The notes beneath the pieces are model-generated. The model made no database searches, had not been told where the DNA came from, and worked only from the letters and a program-made list of their open reading frames with translations. The translations under genes and the position numbers were made by a program. A DNA stretch of 64,000 nucleotides, from the NCBI RefSeq assembly GCF_026210795.1, contig NC_089429.1, forward strand, positions 4,588,001 to 4,652,000, in the 5' to 3' direction. Of this stretch, positions 52,392 to 64,000 are shown piece after piece (the first letter of the stretch is position 1; every line of letters begins with the position of its first letter). This stretch comes from Rhizophagus irregularis (lineage: Eukaryota).

Positions 52392-54047
52392 TTATACATA
52401 CCCAGATTTGTACAAAGTAATATTTCCATAAGTTTTTAATATACCCAAACTTTTATATATAGAACATTTCTCTATAAATTCTTTAGAAGGTTGAAAATTA
52501 TGTTCCATCCATAAATAAGAAACAGATTTTCTTATTTTATTTGATTCATTTTTTTCATATGTTTTACATAAAAATTTCTCCCATACTTCAACAGAAAAAC
52601 TACAATTAATTAATTCAAGAGCATGTAAATTGGTGGGATTATTTTCTTCAAATTTTAATATCTGAAGCAAAAAATTATCACAATAATTAATATTAATTTG
52701 ATTTTCTGAAGGGATGGAAAAAAGACATAATCTCTGAATATCCTTACAAGATTTGAGTAGAGTAATTAAAGGAGGATTAATCGTTGAAATTGGGATTGAA
52801 CAATTTTTTAAAAGAGGACAACAAGTTATAATAGAATCCAATAATAAATTACAATTAGATGGATCTTCTATTCTTGAACCTTCAATTATAACTTTTCTTA
52901 AATTTCGAGTATTCTTAATTAATAAAGCTAAAAAATTCATCTCATATTTATGATCACATTCAAATTCGATTTTTTTTAAATTTTTGAGTTTTGGAGTCCT
53001 CGCAGATCTATTACTATTACAAGAATTTCTATGAACACATTTTAAAGAAAATTCTTCTAAATTTATAAAATCTGGTAATAATTCTAAAAATCCACAAGAA
53101 CCTTCTAATTTAAGTTTGGTTATAAAAAAAGTTTTCCTTTGTAATTCTAAACCAACGCCAGGTGTTGACCAATATTCATTAGGTGATATTCTATTAATAT
53201 TTACAATATATAATTTTTGTATTTTTTTCTGAACACTTATTAAATCTGCCAATGATTGTGTATTTTGACAACCATGAATCATAATTTGAGAAATGTTTGT
53301 ATTATTTAATGCGAGTTGTGTATAAATTTCTTTTGTATTTTGATCATCCACGCATTCTAATCCGGTTAGATGTGAAAGACAATTCTTAGTGTCACCTAAT
53401 TTTACTAAATATTCAAATAAAGGAAATGTTATTTCATATTTCTTTGGTTTTATACGAATTAAACTTAATTTTGGTGATTCTTTAAAAAAAAGTAATAAAA
53501 GTTTCGAACAGATTAAATTAATTTGATCATATTTTGTCTTATCTTCATCGTCCGATTCCATAGAATTATCTCGACCTGTAACTTTTTTACCAAGTTTCTT
53601 AAGACGAGTAACAACTTTTTGAATAGGGTGAGTTGAATGTTTTTCATTATATTTATCATTCCAACGTAAAATTGATTTATAAAGATAATTAAGGTCTAAA
53701 CCTCTTAAATAACTTGGATAATTAAAACTTGATCGAATTTGATATGTTGGAACATTAATTCCATTTGTTTGTAATTCAATTATTAATTCTTGAGGAAGTA
53801 ATGATAAATATGTATTAATTAATTTAATCGGTTGAATTTGAGTTGAAGGGGATGAAGTATTTTCCAATCGATAAAAGAAATTCCAAGGATCCCTCCATAA
53901 GATTGGAATTGTTAATTCACACCAAAGTCGATTTACAAAAAGGCATGAATATAATGATTGTCTATTATATCTTAGAAAATATAAAATTATTGATAAAACA
54001 TCCGTATTAAATCTATTATTATTTTTATTATAAATTTTTACGGACAT
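52392..54047 (-). CDS. F-box / RNI-like LRR protein, 551 aa
   Basis: F-box-like DVLSIILYFL...SLYSCLFVNRLWCELTIPILWRDP, then FNYPSYLR and leucine-rich units. Confidence 0.85.
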   Translation of the reverse strand: MSVKIYNKNNNRFNTDVLSIILYFLRYNRQSLYSCLFVNRLWCELTIPILWRDPWNFFYRLENTSSPSTQIQPIKLINTYLSLLPQELIIELQTNGINVPTYQIRSSFNYPSYLRGLDLNYLYKSILRWNDKYNEKHSTHPIQKVVTRLKKLGKKVTGRDNSMESDDEDKTKYDQINLICSKLLLLFFKESPKLSLIRIKPKKYEITFPLFEYLVKLGDTKNCLSHLTGLECVDDQNTKEIYTQLALNNTNISQIMIHGCQNTQSLADLISVQKKIQKLYIVNINRISPNEYWSTPGVGLELQRKTFFITKLKLEGSCGFLELLPDFINLEEFSLKCVHRNSCNSNRSARTPKLKNLKKIEFECDHKYEMNFLALLIKNTRNLRKVIIEGSRIEDPSNCNLLLDSIITCCPLLKNCSIPISTINPPLITLLKSCKDIQRLCLFSIPSENQININYCDNFLLQILKFEENNPTNLHALELINCSFSVEVWEKFLCKTYEKNESNKIRKSVSYLWMEHNFQPSKEFIEKCSIYKSLGILKTYGNITLYKSGYV

Positions 54048-55171
54048 TTTTTTATTTTTTTAATAAATTTTTAATTTTTTTTTTTTTTTTTTTATTAAAA
54101 AAAAAAATAAAAAAAAATTAAAAAATAAAGGAAAAGAAAAAGAAAAAAGTTCGTTAAAAAAAAAAAAAGTTAAAAAAGAAAATCGTAAAAAAAAAATGAA
54201 AATTCTATCATTATTTATATTTTGAATCATATATTTTGGATGGTATACCATTTATAGTAAGATCCTTAAATTTCGGACGATATTTTCCTTTTTTTGGTTA
54301 GTTGTAAGGAACAAAGGTCAGATTGGTTTGTACTTCTTTGATTTATTGTTACACTATTATATTATAAGAACTAAATGTTGACCAATTGTGAACAAACAAC
54401 TTTGCATACGATATTGTTATTTCTTTGGTAAAAAGTCTTTAAAAATCAAATAAAAAATATCCGGTGCGGCAATTTAAGTTTTCTCCACTTGAATGGTGCA
54501 TGAATTGCAGAATGGGCGGAGTTGCGGAGTAGTAACGTAACGCGCCGACATACTTAGAATAGAAGCTTTATAATGATGATAATTGTTTATAGAAATTATT
54601 ATGTCCTACAAGATCAATGATGTCATGATCAAAGCCTTTTGAATGCAAAACGTTATACATATCTTTCCAATATTTCGGACAATTCCAATATATATTAATT
54701 AATTATAAATGGCAAAATCCTGCCACTATTCCTGATACTATTGTTGAAATTATTAAAAAAAAAACTTGATTTTTTTTATGAATGTTTTACAATAGAAAAA
54801 TTATTTGAATGACCATTGATGATCGGAAATTTTTTTGGTCATAAAAAAAATGATTTTACTAATTCCGACCTAATTATGGAAAACCTCGATCATTTTGACG
54901 AAGAAAAAAAAAATATAAAAAAAAAATTTTTTTTTTTATTATTCGAAAAATAGAATAAGTTTAATACACATTAGATTGTGTTTGCATGATCTGATACTAT
55001 AATAAAAAAGATGTACATATTTTTTTTTTCTTATAATAATAGTCATTATTTATATTATTTGTAACATGAATCATATGAATCATTAAGATTTGAATTAATA
55101 ATGAATTTTATTTAACAAAGTTTATTTTTTTAATCAAAGAAATTATTTTTTTTATTGTTGTTATTATTTGT

Positions 55172-55202
55172 TATTTTTTTTTTCTTTTTTTTTCTTTTTT
55201 TT

Positions 55203-55254
<52 letters not shown>
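55172..55254. repeat. Long poly(T) tract
   Basis: About 80 nt, nearly all T with three C interruptions. Confidence 0.95.
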
Positions 55255-55255
<1 letters not shown>

Positions 55256-55965
55256 TTAGCGGTTTATTATTATTTTATTAACAATTTCTTTTACGTTATT
55301 TTATTGGCTCAAGCGAAATATAACGAAAAACTATTGTTTTCTAATAGTTATCCAAATAAAGATAATGGAGATTCTTAACATTTATTACATTAATTTATTA
55401 CATTTATTACATTTATTAAGATTCTACCAATAATAATAAAATTAAATTTATGACAGTTTTATGACCTCGCATTAATTAGTTTCATATTAAAAAAAAAATA
55501 AAAAAAAATAAAAATATTTACAGTCAAAGAAATTCATTATAGTAGCTATAATAATATAAAAAACGGCAAATACGCCAAGTGGTTTCACAGGACAACTTTA
55601 AATTTCTCCGCCGCAAATCTATTTTTGGTAAATTGCGAAATGTTCTTGAAACGTATTTATACATTAATTTTTTCATATAATAAAAATATTATGTAAGAAT
55701 AAAAAAATATTTCTTTGTTTCCAATTAATATACTTTTATAATAATAATAATAAATAATTTAAAAAAAAATGACCAATTCCATTCATTATGCATTAAATGC
55801 GTCTATTACACCGTTACTAAATTTAGAATATATGATCAACTGCTTGTACAACGTAATTTACGCAAAAACTATTTGGTGTGATTCAGGTAAATAATATATA
55901 CATTGGTCATATTTGTTTTTAATTCTTCTTCTTTTTCTTTTTTTTTTGAAAAATAATAATATATT

Positions 55966-57495
55966 ATGGCATCAACATTAATTCCGGAATGTCTTATTCC
56001 AATATTTAAATATTTAGAAGATGATCCAGTATCATTATTCCCTTGTATATTAGTTAATAGATATTGGTGTCGTACTGCCATACCAATATTATGGAGTAAC
56101 CCTTTTTCTTTAACAAAATTTGATAGTAGATATGGATCAAGAAGAATGTTTTCTCTTATTAATACATTTATAATAACATTACCACAAGAATCAAAAAATA
56201 TTTTAATTAAACAAGAAATTAAAATACCTGAAATAAAGAATTTAACATTTAATTATCAAACATTTCTTCGTGTTATAGATATGCTTTGTATTGACTTGGC
56301 AGTGAAAGATTGGTTTGCTCATCCAAATTATGGTAAATTATCTTATACTTCTACTCAAATTAAATTATTACTTTCAATTTTAACTACACATTTACATAAT
56401 TCTTCTTTTATAAATATTTTAAAAATCAGTCATACTATAATAGTTAAAACTACTGGTACTACTTCTGATATTATTTTTGATATAATTAATCAAATTCCTA
56501 TATCATCAGGGAAAATAAATTGTTTTTCAAATCTTAAAGAATTTCAATATAATTCTGATACTCCTATAATGGAAAATTTATTTTTAAAACTTTCTCAAAT
56601 AACAAATTCTATTGAAAAAATTTCTTTTACAATTTATAAAATTATGACTAATTCTTCTCTTATATTATTAAAATCTCAAAAAAATCTTAAAGAATTAATT
56701 ATACAATATAATATTAATTATAATATTTTAATTGATAATAATGCTATTTTAACTTTATTAGAAAAATCTTCTAATTTAATTATTTTAAATTTAGAAAAAT
56801 TTTTTTTCCCTCTTGAAAATTTATCTTTATTTATTAATTTACAAGAATTAAGTTTATCAGATTGTGGTTATCATAATTATAATTTTTATGATTGGTTAAA
56901 ATTTTCTTTAATTTCTTTACCAAATTTAAAAAAATTATTTTTTAAAGATTCAAATCCTATTTATTTAGATATTTTTTCAAAATTTATTATTAATACTAAT
57001 TTTAATAATTTTGGTAGTAAATTATCTCATATTATTATTCAATGTTGTAAATTTAAAAATTCAATTAATACTAATTTACTTTTAATTTCTATATCAAATA
57101 ATTGTCCTTTACTTTCATTTTATAGTGGTCCAATTTCTTCTAATGATACTTTTGAATTATCTCAATTATTAAATTCTTGTTCTTTTATTAAAACTTTAAA
57201 ATTTCATCCTTCAATTTCAAAATGTTCTACTGATTCTGATATTAGAATTAGTTTTGATCCTCTTTTATTAGAATTATCAAAATCTCCTTTATTACATTTA
57301 AAAACTCTTACTATAGTTCACGGTTGGATGATTCAAAGTAATATTTTTGAAGATTTTTTAAAGAGTAGAAATAGAAATGAAATTAGAAAATTTAATTTTT
57401 ATTGGAATAATACTCTTATTATTGGTGATTTAGTGAAAATTTGTGAAGATTATCCTAACATTATTAAAAGTTATGGGGAATTTAATAGTATATAG
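55966..57495 (+). CDS. F-box / RNI-like LRR protein, 509 aa
   Basis: MASTLIPECLIPIFKYL...SLFPCILVNRYWCRTAIPILWSNPF, then FNYQTFLR and LxxL repeats. Confidence 0.88.
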   Translation: MASTLIPECLIPIFKYLEDDPVSLFPCILVNRYWCRTAIPILWSNPFSLTKFDSRYGSRRMFSLINTFIITLPQESKNILIKQEIKIPEIKNLTFNYQTFLRVIDMLCIDLAVKDWFAHPNYGKLSYTSTQIKLLLSILTTHLHNSSFINILKISHTIIVKTTGTTSDIIFDIINQIPISSGKINCFSNLKEFQYNSDTPIMENLFLKLSQITNSIEKISFTIYKIMTNSSLILLKSQKNLKELIIQYNINYNILIDNNAILTLLEKSSNLIILNLEKFFFPLENLSLFINLQELSLSDCGYHNYNFYDWLKFSLISLPNLKKLFFKDSNPIYLDIFSKFIINTNFNNFGSKLSHIIIQCCKFKNSINTNLLLISISNNCPLLSFYSGPISSNDTFELSQLLNSCSFIKTLKFHPSISKCSTDSDIRISFDPLLLELSKSPLLHLKTLTIVHGWMIQSNIFEDFLKSRNRNEIRKFNFYWNNTLIIGDLVKICEDYPNIIKSYGEFNSI

Positions 57496-57515
57496 TTAGA
57501 TTTATAAATAAAGAA

Positions 57516-60500
57516 TTATACTTTTGTATATTTTTGTATATATTCATATTTAAATATTTCTATACCAATTCCAACAATTGTTATGTATACAATATTATCA
57601 CTAATTCTTAGAGTATTCATTGAAGACGGATCACATACATCTACAAATTCGGATTTAATTAATTTAAATTCATTACGTTTGTCGATCTCATTTTTGACCT
57701 CATCACGTTTGTCGAATTCATCTTTGAAATATTTCACCTCATTACTTTTGTCGAGCTCATCTTTGAAATATTCCACCTCATTACGTTTGTCGAGCTCATC
57801 TTTGGAATATTTCACCTCATCACGTTTGTTGAACTCATTTTTGGAATATTTCTCCTCATTACGTTTGTCGATCTCATCTTTGGAATATTTCACCTCGTTA
57901 CGTTTGTCGAATTCATCTTTGGAATATTTCACCTCATCACATTTGTCGACGAAATATTTCACCTCATCTATCTTATCTATCTTATCTCGACTATAAAAAT
58001 CTATTTCCCACAAATTTAATCTCTGATCTAATGCTGTGCTTAGTATTTTCGTATCATTTAGTACATGAATACCTAATTAATAAGGACAATCAGTAATCTA
58101 ATAAGGATGGAGTGTGTATATATATGTACAAAGTATATAAAATTTTTTTAAGTACGATTATTTATTTACCTTGAATGGATGATCCATGAGCGGCCTCTAT
58201 TTTTACGATTTCTCTATATTTAGGTCTAATTATTAACTGAATCTTATTATAATCATCCTCTTTGCGAAATGTATCCCATAAAATTTCAAAATATGCTATT
58301 GATATAGCATTATCATCTCCCCCAGCTACGATCATATATAGACTATTATAATAAGACATTGGATGTATTGCTAAGCAATTTATTCCAGATTGATGAGCTT
58401 GATAATAATAAACTGGTTCTCCCAAATCTAATGAGTCAATCGCCTCATTACTTTTATCGTATAAATCTAAATAACTAAATGAAAGATGATTATATTTAGT
58501 TAAAGAAATAAATTATAATATAATAAATCAAACACACCTATAAATAGGCCTCGATACGTCCCAAATAGCAATTCTAAAGACATAAAATATTAGTCACATT
58601 TTTCATAATAAAAAATATTCACTTTCTAATGTACTATACTATACCTCCCATCCGTTGCAGAAGTAAATAAAATAATTCCATCCTTTGAATTTTCCCCTGC
58701 TATTTCAAAGAAAAAAAATTAATAATTAATTATTTTTTCTTTTTTTTTTTTTGCTTAAATAAAAGTTTATATCGCGATCATTTTACGAATAACGAATATA
58801 TATATATACCTGAAATTACTAAATGACGAACTTGCAAAATACATCTAGTATGAAATTTAGCGTCTCCGATTAAAAAAAATTTCCTTTTCTTTTCATCAAA
58901 AAGCCATACCTATTAAAAAGAAAATTTAGGTAAATTCGTGGTTTACCGACGAAAATATTCCCCGTAGAATTGGATTATATTAAAAGTTAAAAAGAATCCT
59001 ACTCTTAATACAGAGTCGGAATATACAGCTGCAATAAAATGCAATCCTTTGAATGAATTAATTAAACAAACACTTGTATCCATAATCCTAGTTTCCGGAA
59101 TTTCACTAATATTTAATCAAATAAAATAAATAAATTTACAAATATAGCAAATATGTAATTCGAGTAAAATATTTTGAATACCTGACAGCTGGACACAAGG
59201 ACCATTCTAAACAATTAACGCCTACCGATGGATATGCTGCTATAGTGGAAAATTATTAAATTATTTAATTAGATTACAAAAAAATCAATATATAATATAT
59301 ATAGTAACTATCGCTATTGAACTTACAAGAGCCTGCTTCCGGTTGATTACATGCAAGGCTAATTTCAACTTTCCAACATCTTAACTCTTCATTAGCTCCA
59401 CTTGAAAATAATAATAATTCAGTTCCTAGAAAAAATTCATAAATACACTCTTATGTTTTCTATATATTTAATATATTTAAAAAAAATTTACCGTAACTCC
59501 ACTCTACACTTTTAATTACAGAAGTATGCTTCTTTATGCTGCATAAACTAACCAAATTTTTTTCTTGCTTATCAGGAAAATCTAACATACATCAGAGAAT
59601 GTTAGTATAAACGAATTCCTATTATAATAATTAAAGCTAAACCTACATTGAAAGAGTCTTAGAATACTATCCTCCGCTCCTGTAGCAAACATTATTGGTT
59701 TTTGATCATTATTTCCTAAATCAAGATCAAGCGGATAAGCTGTAGGAAAAAAAAAATTAATTAAATATCGTATCAGATGATCAATAATCGTGTATGGTCA
59801 ATAAAATACGCACATAAATAATTAACAATTCTACACTCTCTTCCATGAAAATTTCCTTGTAAATTACATTCGTTAAATCCCTCATTAATAGCTGAACTTT
59901 CCCTTGAATAAATATAAACCTATATAAATATAAAAAATTAATAACCTGAAGAATATTTATAATCTTTATAATAATAAATTAAAAATGTTCTTACATTTTC
60001 TTTTCTAATAAACATAAAACTTGCCTTATCCATTCTTTTATCTTTAGCTTTAAAATGCCACATTCTATGTGCTCCTCCGCACGCTACGGAAAACATCTAA
60101 CAAAAATACAAATTATTTTACAAAGCTTCTAATGTAAATCAAAATAAGTAACCCAAATAAGCCAATACCTCATATTTCTTGTCTTCGTTATAGACAAAAA
60201 ATCTTTTCCGGAAAAATCCTAATAGTATAAGTTCATCTTCTACGAAAACCACCTTTTTAAATCTCATCAGAATTAATATAAAAATTTAATAAAATTTCAT
60301 TTTATATAACTTACCCTTTCTAACCATCCTTTCGTAATCTTCACTTTGTAAACTTGTTCTAAAATTAATCCATCTACTAATTCTTTCTTTTGCAATTCTT
60401 TTGCGGAATTATCACTATCTATATTATAATCTTTCGTATCCTCGTATAAATCATCATCACAATGTTTTGTCTTATTGATTTCTATTATTATTGGATCTTT

Positions 60501-63500
60501 TTCTGTGCTCTCGGAATAATTAGTTTTTAAATTTAAAATAGATAAGCCTCTGAGCCTATATTTAATATATCCGCCATCTCTTCCTGAAGTATATATCATT
60601 AATACCTCTTCTTCATTACTCTTTAATTTATCTATCCTAAAAGCCACAGATGTCACCGCTTGCCTTCCATGTGTTTTTTTTAAATATATGATTGGAGACA
60701 GTTCTTTTATAGAATTTTCCGTATTAGATAAAATAGGTGAATTCAAGTTATAAATTGCTAACCCGCTCTCTCGTGACCCGCATATTAATAGACGATATGA
60801 TGGACAGAATGCAAGGGACATTAACTGAAATTGCGGTGGCACAGAAAGCTTACATAGCATTTCAAATCTAGGTTCCTATTATATTATACAATTAGTGAAA
60901 TAATAATCACGTACGTCTTTATAAAATAGATAATTTTGACTTACCGAATCATTTAAATCCAATTTTAATAAATATATTTCATTATGAATAGCATGAGAAA
61001 CCACGTGTAAAATATTTGGATCTATTTTAATTAAGATTATAAGTAAATAAAATGTAAAAATGAATAACTTATAATACTTAATACAAACCTTCAGTTTCCT
61101 CTAAAAATAATTCGAACACTTTATATTGATGTAAATTCTTCTCTATAGTCTTATTAGAAGTAACATAAAGAATTATTAATAATTCTACAATTAATAGTTC
61201 AATCATTATTTTTTTTCATTTACCTGAAATTCTTGATTTACACTTATAACAAACACTTTACCATTAATACTTCCACAACACACAACTCTCCCACAATTTG
61301 AAACTTTCATCATCGTATAATTTCGTAATTCTTTTGAATTATATAAAGACAACCATTCTTTTGTTACATAGCTATATCTTAATAAGTGTCTAAAAAAAAT
61401 ATTGTAAAAAAAAGATTAACTCATTATCTTATACTTAAGCAGTATAAATCAAACTTAAGCTTGCCCATAGTTTGTAGCTATAACAACAGTAGAATAATCA
61501 ACTTGAACAAAATTTCTAACGTGTTCTCTTGTATTTCCCTATTAATTAAGAAGAGCGAAGTATTTTGGAAGGAATAAGAATACAAGAATATAATGAAGAT
61601 AATCGAAATTCCTATAAACATATCACTTACTTCTAAGTGAGCGTAAGAATCAACAGGAGGCAATTCGATTTTAATCAAATCCTTATCAGAATCTATTTTT
61701 TTTAAAAAAAATTAATTTATTATGCCAAGATCTCTTGTAAAACGTTCGGAAAAAAAAAATTGCATGCCTATCTTATTATTTGTAACCGACGAAAGTGACC
61801 ATAATCGAATTTCTGAATCTCCTCCACCTGTAGCCTGAAATAATAATACAATAAATTACATTATTTACTAAAATTTCTTGCCTCTTTCACCTAAAATACA
61901 ACTTACAACGATTTTCCTTGAAGGATCAATCGCCAAGCTCCAAACACTTTTTCCAACATGACCCTCCCAGCAGGCTAGGCAATTTACATCACTTGCTTCA
62001 TCATCCACATTTAAATCTATTGAATTTTGCCAGACTCGACATGTCGAATCCTAATAATAATAATAAAATTGTATTAGAGAGTAACAATAAATGAGTAACA
62101 ATAAGTTAGAGTGAATAATAAAAAAATAATACCTCTGAAATACTGATGAGATAATTGTCTAAAATTTGACAATCCCAAACACGCGCCATATGTCCATAGA
62201 ATATAAGAGGATTAGATCTATAAAAATCAGACTACCGATTTAAGAGAATGTTTTTGATTTAAACATAATCTCCACTTAAAAAGTTCGACAAAGAAATCGT
62301 AGAAGAAATAGATGTCTACTTACTTTTCATTTCTGTCAGTCTTCCAAACGCGAATAGTTCTATCGTCTGATACCGAAGATATTATTTTTCCATCATCACT
62401 AAAATTTACTCCAAATATAACACCCTAACCATACATAAACTAAAAATTAATTTAGTCCAATTAAAACATCATTCTGATATTTATAGCTTACTTCATGTCC
62501 AATGAGCTTCTTAAATACAACTCCATCTCCAAATTCATTCTTTTTCATAACGTCCCATAGATGAACTTGATTAAATACCGTACCGGAAGCTAAAATTAGT
62601 TCATTCAGAGTATCCCCAAAAAATCTTGCAGAATATAATATACAACGTTCTTCGCATTGAATAGAATAGACGCAGGTTTTATTTTGAATATTATAAATTT
62701 CAACAAAATTATGAGCAAAAGCTATCGCTAATTCTGCTGGATTAGTTATAGATGACTATAATTTTGAAAAAATTGGAAATTAAAGTTAGATTAAAAAAAA
62801 ATAAATAAAAAAATGTAGATAAATTGTTTTATTTCTTACTCCAACAAAATCCACAGAATTAGTAGATGTAGATGTCGAATTGTTAATATAACCATATAAC
62901 CATTTGACATCATGAACCCAATCTCTTAATGGTGATAACCTCGACCCTAAGGTAATTGAAACTCTAGGTAGCTCTAACCTATTTTTAACCAATAAAAGAA
63001 ATAAGAAATACAGGAATATGATGTGGGTAATATGAAAATTCTCGAAAAAGTAAAACCATCAACATACCTGTCCTTATAATAATCTATACTAATGTTAACA
63101 ATTTGAATAGTCTTTGATCCGTAAATGGCCAATAATCTCTGTTCTTTAATAATACTATTATAGTACGTCTTGTTATTTTTGTTTTCTTCTACAGTTATTT
63201 CTTCTTTCTTTACAAATTTAACTTTCAAGAAAAGAATCAAAATTTAGTTATCAATCATTAAAATATGAGCAAACCTAACGATTGTGTTTTGGATTACCTG
63301 GTACAATCCTATATATTCTCCAGTATTCCATAATAGGATGACTATATAATAAATTTCCAGTTGGAACATAAAAAACTTTAAAATAAGGTCCTTGACCAGA
63401 TAACAATATTATGTCATTATGAAAACATAAAGATGTTATTGGACCTGCGTAGAAAAGTTTCTGAAACTGAAAAAAATAAAATTGATAAGTACTACAATCG

Positions 63501-63567
63501 TTTTTAATTACGGAATTTTTTTCGTAAATAACGACAATCAAAAAAAATATACCTTTTGAGTATCCAT
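57516..63567 (-). CDS. WDR6: WD40 protein WDR6/Trm734 (Rtt10), tRNA 2'-O-methyltransferase regulator, about 28 exons
   Basis: Exons traced by hand encode GPITSL, CILYSARF, ASGTVFNQVHLW, GHEGVIF, SVSDDRTIRVW, GHMARVWD, SISEDSTCRVW, GGAHRMW, FHGRE, AHQSGINCL, AGGDDNAI and STALDQRLNLW. First exon is MDTQK (63567-63553). Confidence 0.88.
57665..57985 (-). repeat. 39-bp coding minisatellite in the last WDR6 exon
   Basis: About 8 units of DKR(N/D)EVKYSKDE(F/L/I), in frame. Confidence 0.9.
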
Positions 63568-63714
63568 ACTTTTATTTCATTAATTTAAAAGAGAAAGTGA
63601 AAAAGATAATCGAATCTTAAAATGTACGAAATTTATCCTTTTTTGTAGTTATCAATGATGCAGATTACCCAGATAAAATTTATTTTTAATTTTTTTTTTA
63701 AAAAAAAAATCGAA

Positions 63715-64000
63715 ATGATTTTTCGACCGATTCTTTCTAATTTTAAGCCACAATTTTACAGCAATATCCATATATTTAATCGAAATTCATATATTTTAAA
63801 TAGAGTAAACCGATCTTTATATATAAATTATGATAATTTAATAAAATCATTACAGAAAAGAGATCAATCATCATCGTCGAATTCGGTAAAATTCTGTTGT
63901 TTCGTGAAAATTTTTCTTAATTCATAAAAAATAACGATTTGAATACTTTATTTTAGAACAAAAATATAGATTTATCTAAATTTCCTGCTGAAAACATTAG
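63715..64000 (+). CDS. GUF1: Mitochondrial translation factor GUF1/LepA, 5' part (runs off window)
   Basis: Basic, Ser-rich presequence-like exon 63715-63885; intron 63886-63956; next exon NKNIDLSKFPAENIR matches the segment preceding NFSIxAHxDHGKST in GUF1 proteins. Only a short motif is visible. Confidence 0.7.

Noticed and set aside
57583..57996. Ser/Leu-rich plus-strand ORF
   Set aside because: Antisense frame of the WDR6 minisatellite.

Overview
AT-rich, intron-containing eukaryotic DNA. The gene families (Sel1-repeat TKL kinase, BTB-BACK-SPRY array, TLDc remnant, F-box/LRR, REase-kinase) suggest an arbuscular mycorrhizal fungus (Glomeromycota, Rhizophagus-like); this assignment is an inference. 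About 1-52 kb is an accessory, TE-littered region. It holds a 29x Sel1-repeat non-RD kinase with hypervariable repeat positions, a spliced PD-(D/E)xK nuclease-kinase (Crinkler-type) gene, a small secreted Cys-rich protein, and eight BTB-SPRY family paralogs (5 intact, 3 decayed, one of them inverted) with mosaic bodies and variable SPRY loops. Mobile DNA includes a 5'-truncated LINE with TSD, a hAT deletion derivative with 8-bp TSD, several MITEs and a tRNA-derived SINE; there are also two micro-exon arrays. About 52-64 kb holds two divergent F-box/LRR genes, an approximately 28-exon WDR6/TRM734 ortholog and the start of GUF1. The most notable signal is the clustering of diversifying recognition modules coupled to kinase or ubiquitin outputs, which resembles an innate-immunity or surveillance island. 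All family calls come from motif recognition by eye, not database searches.
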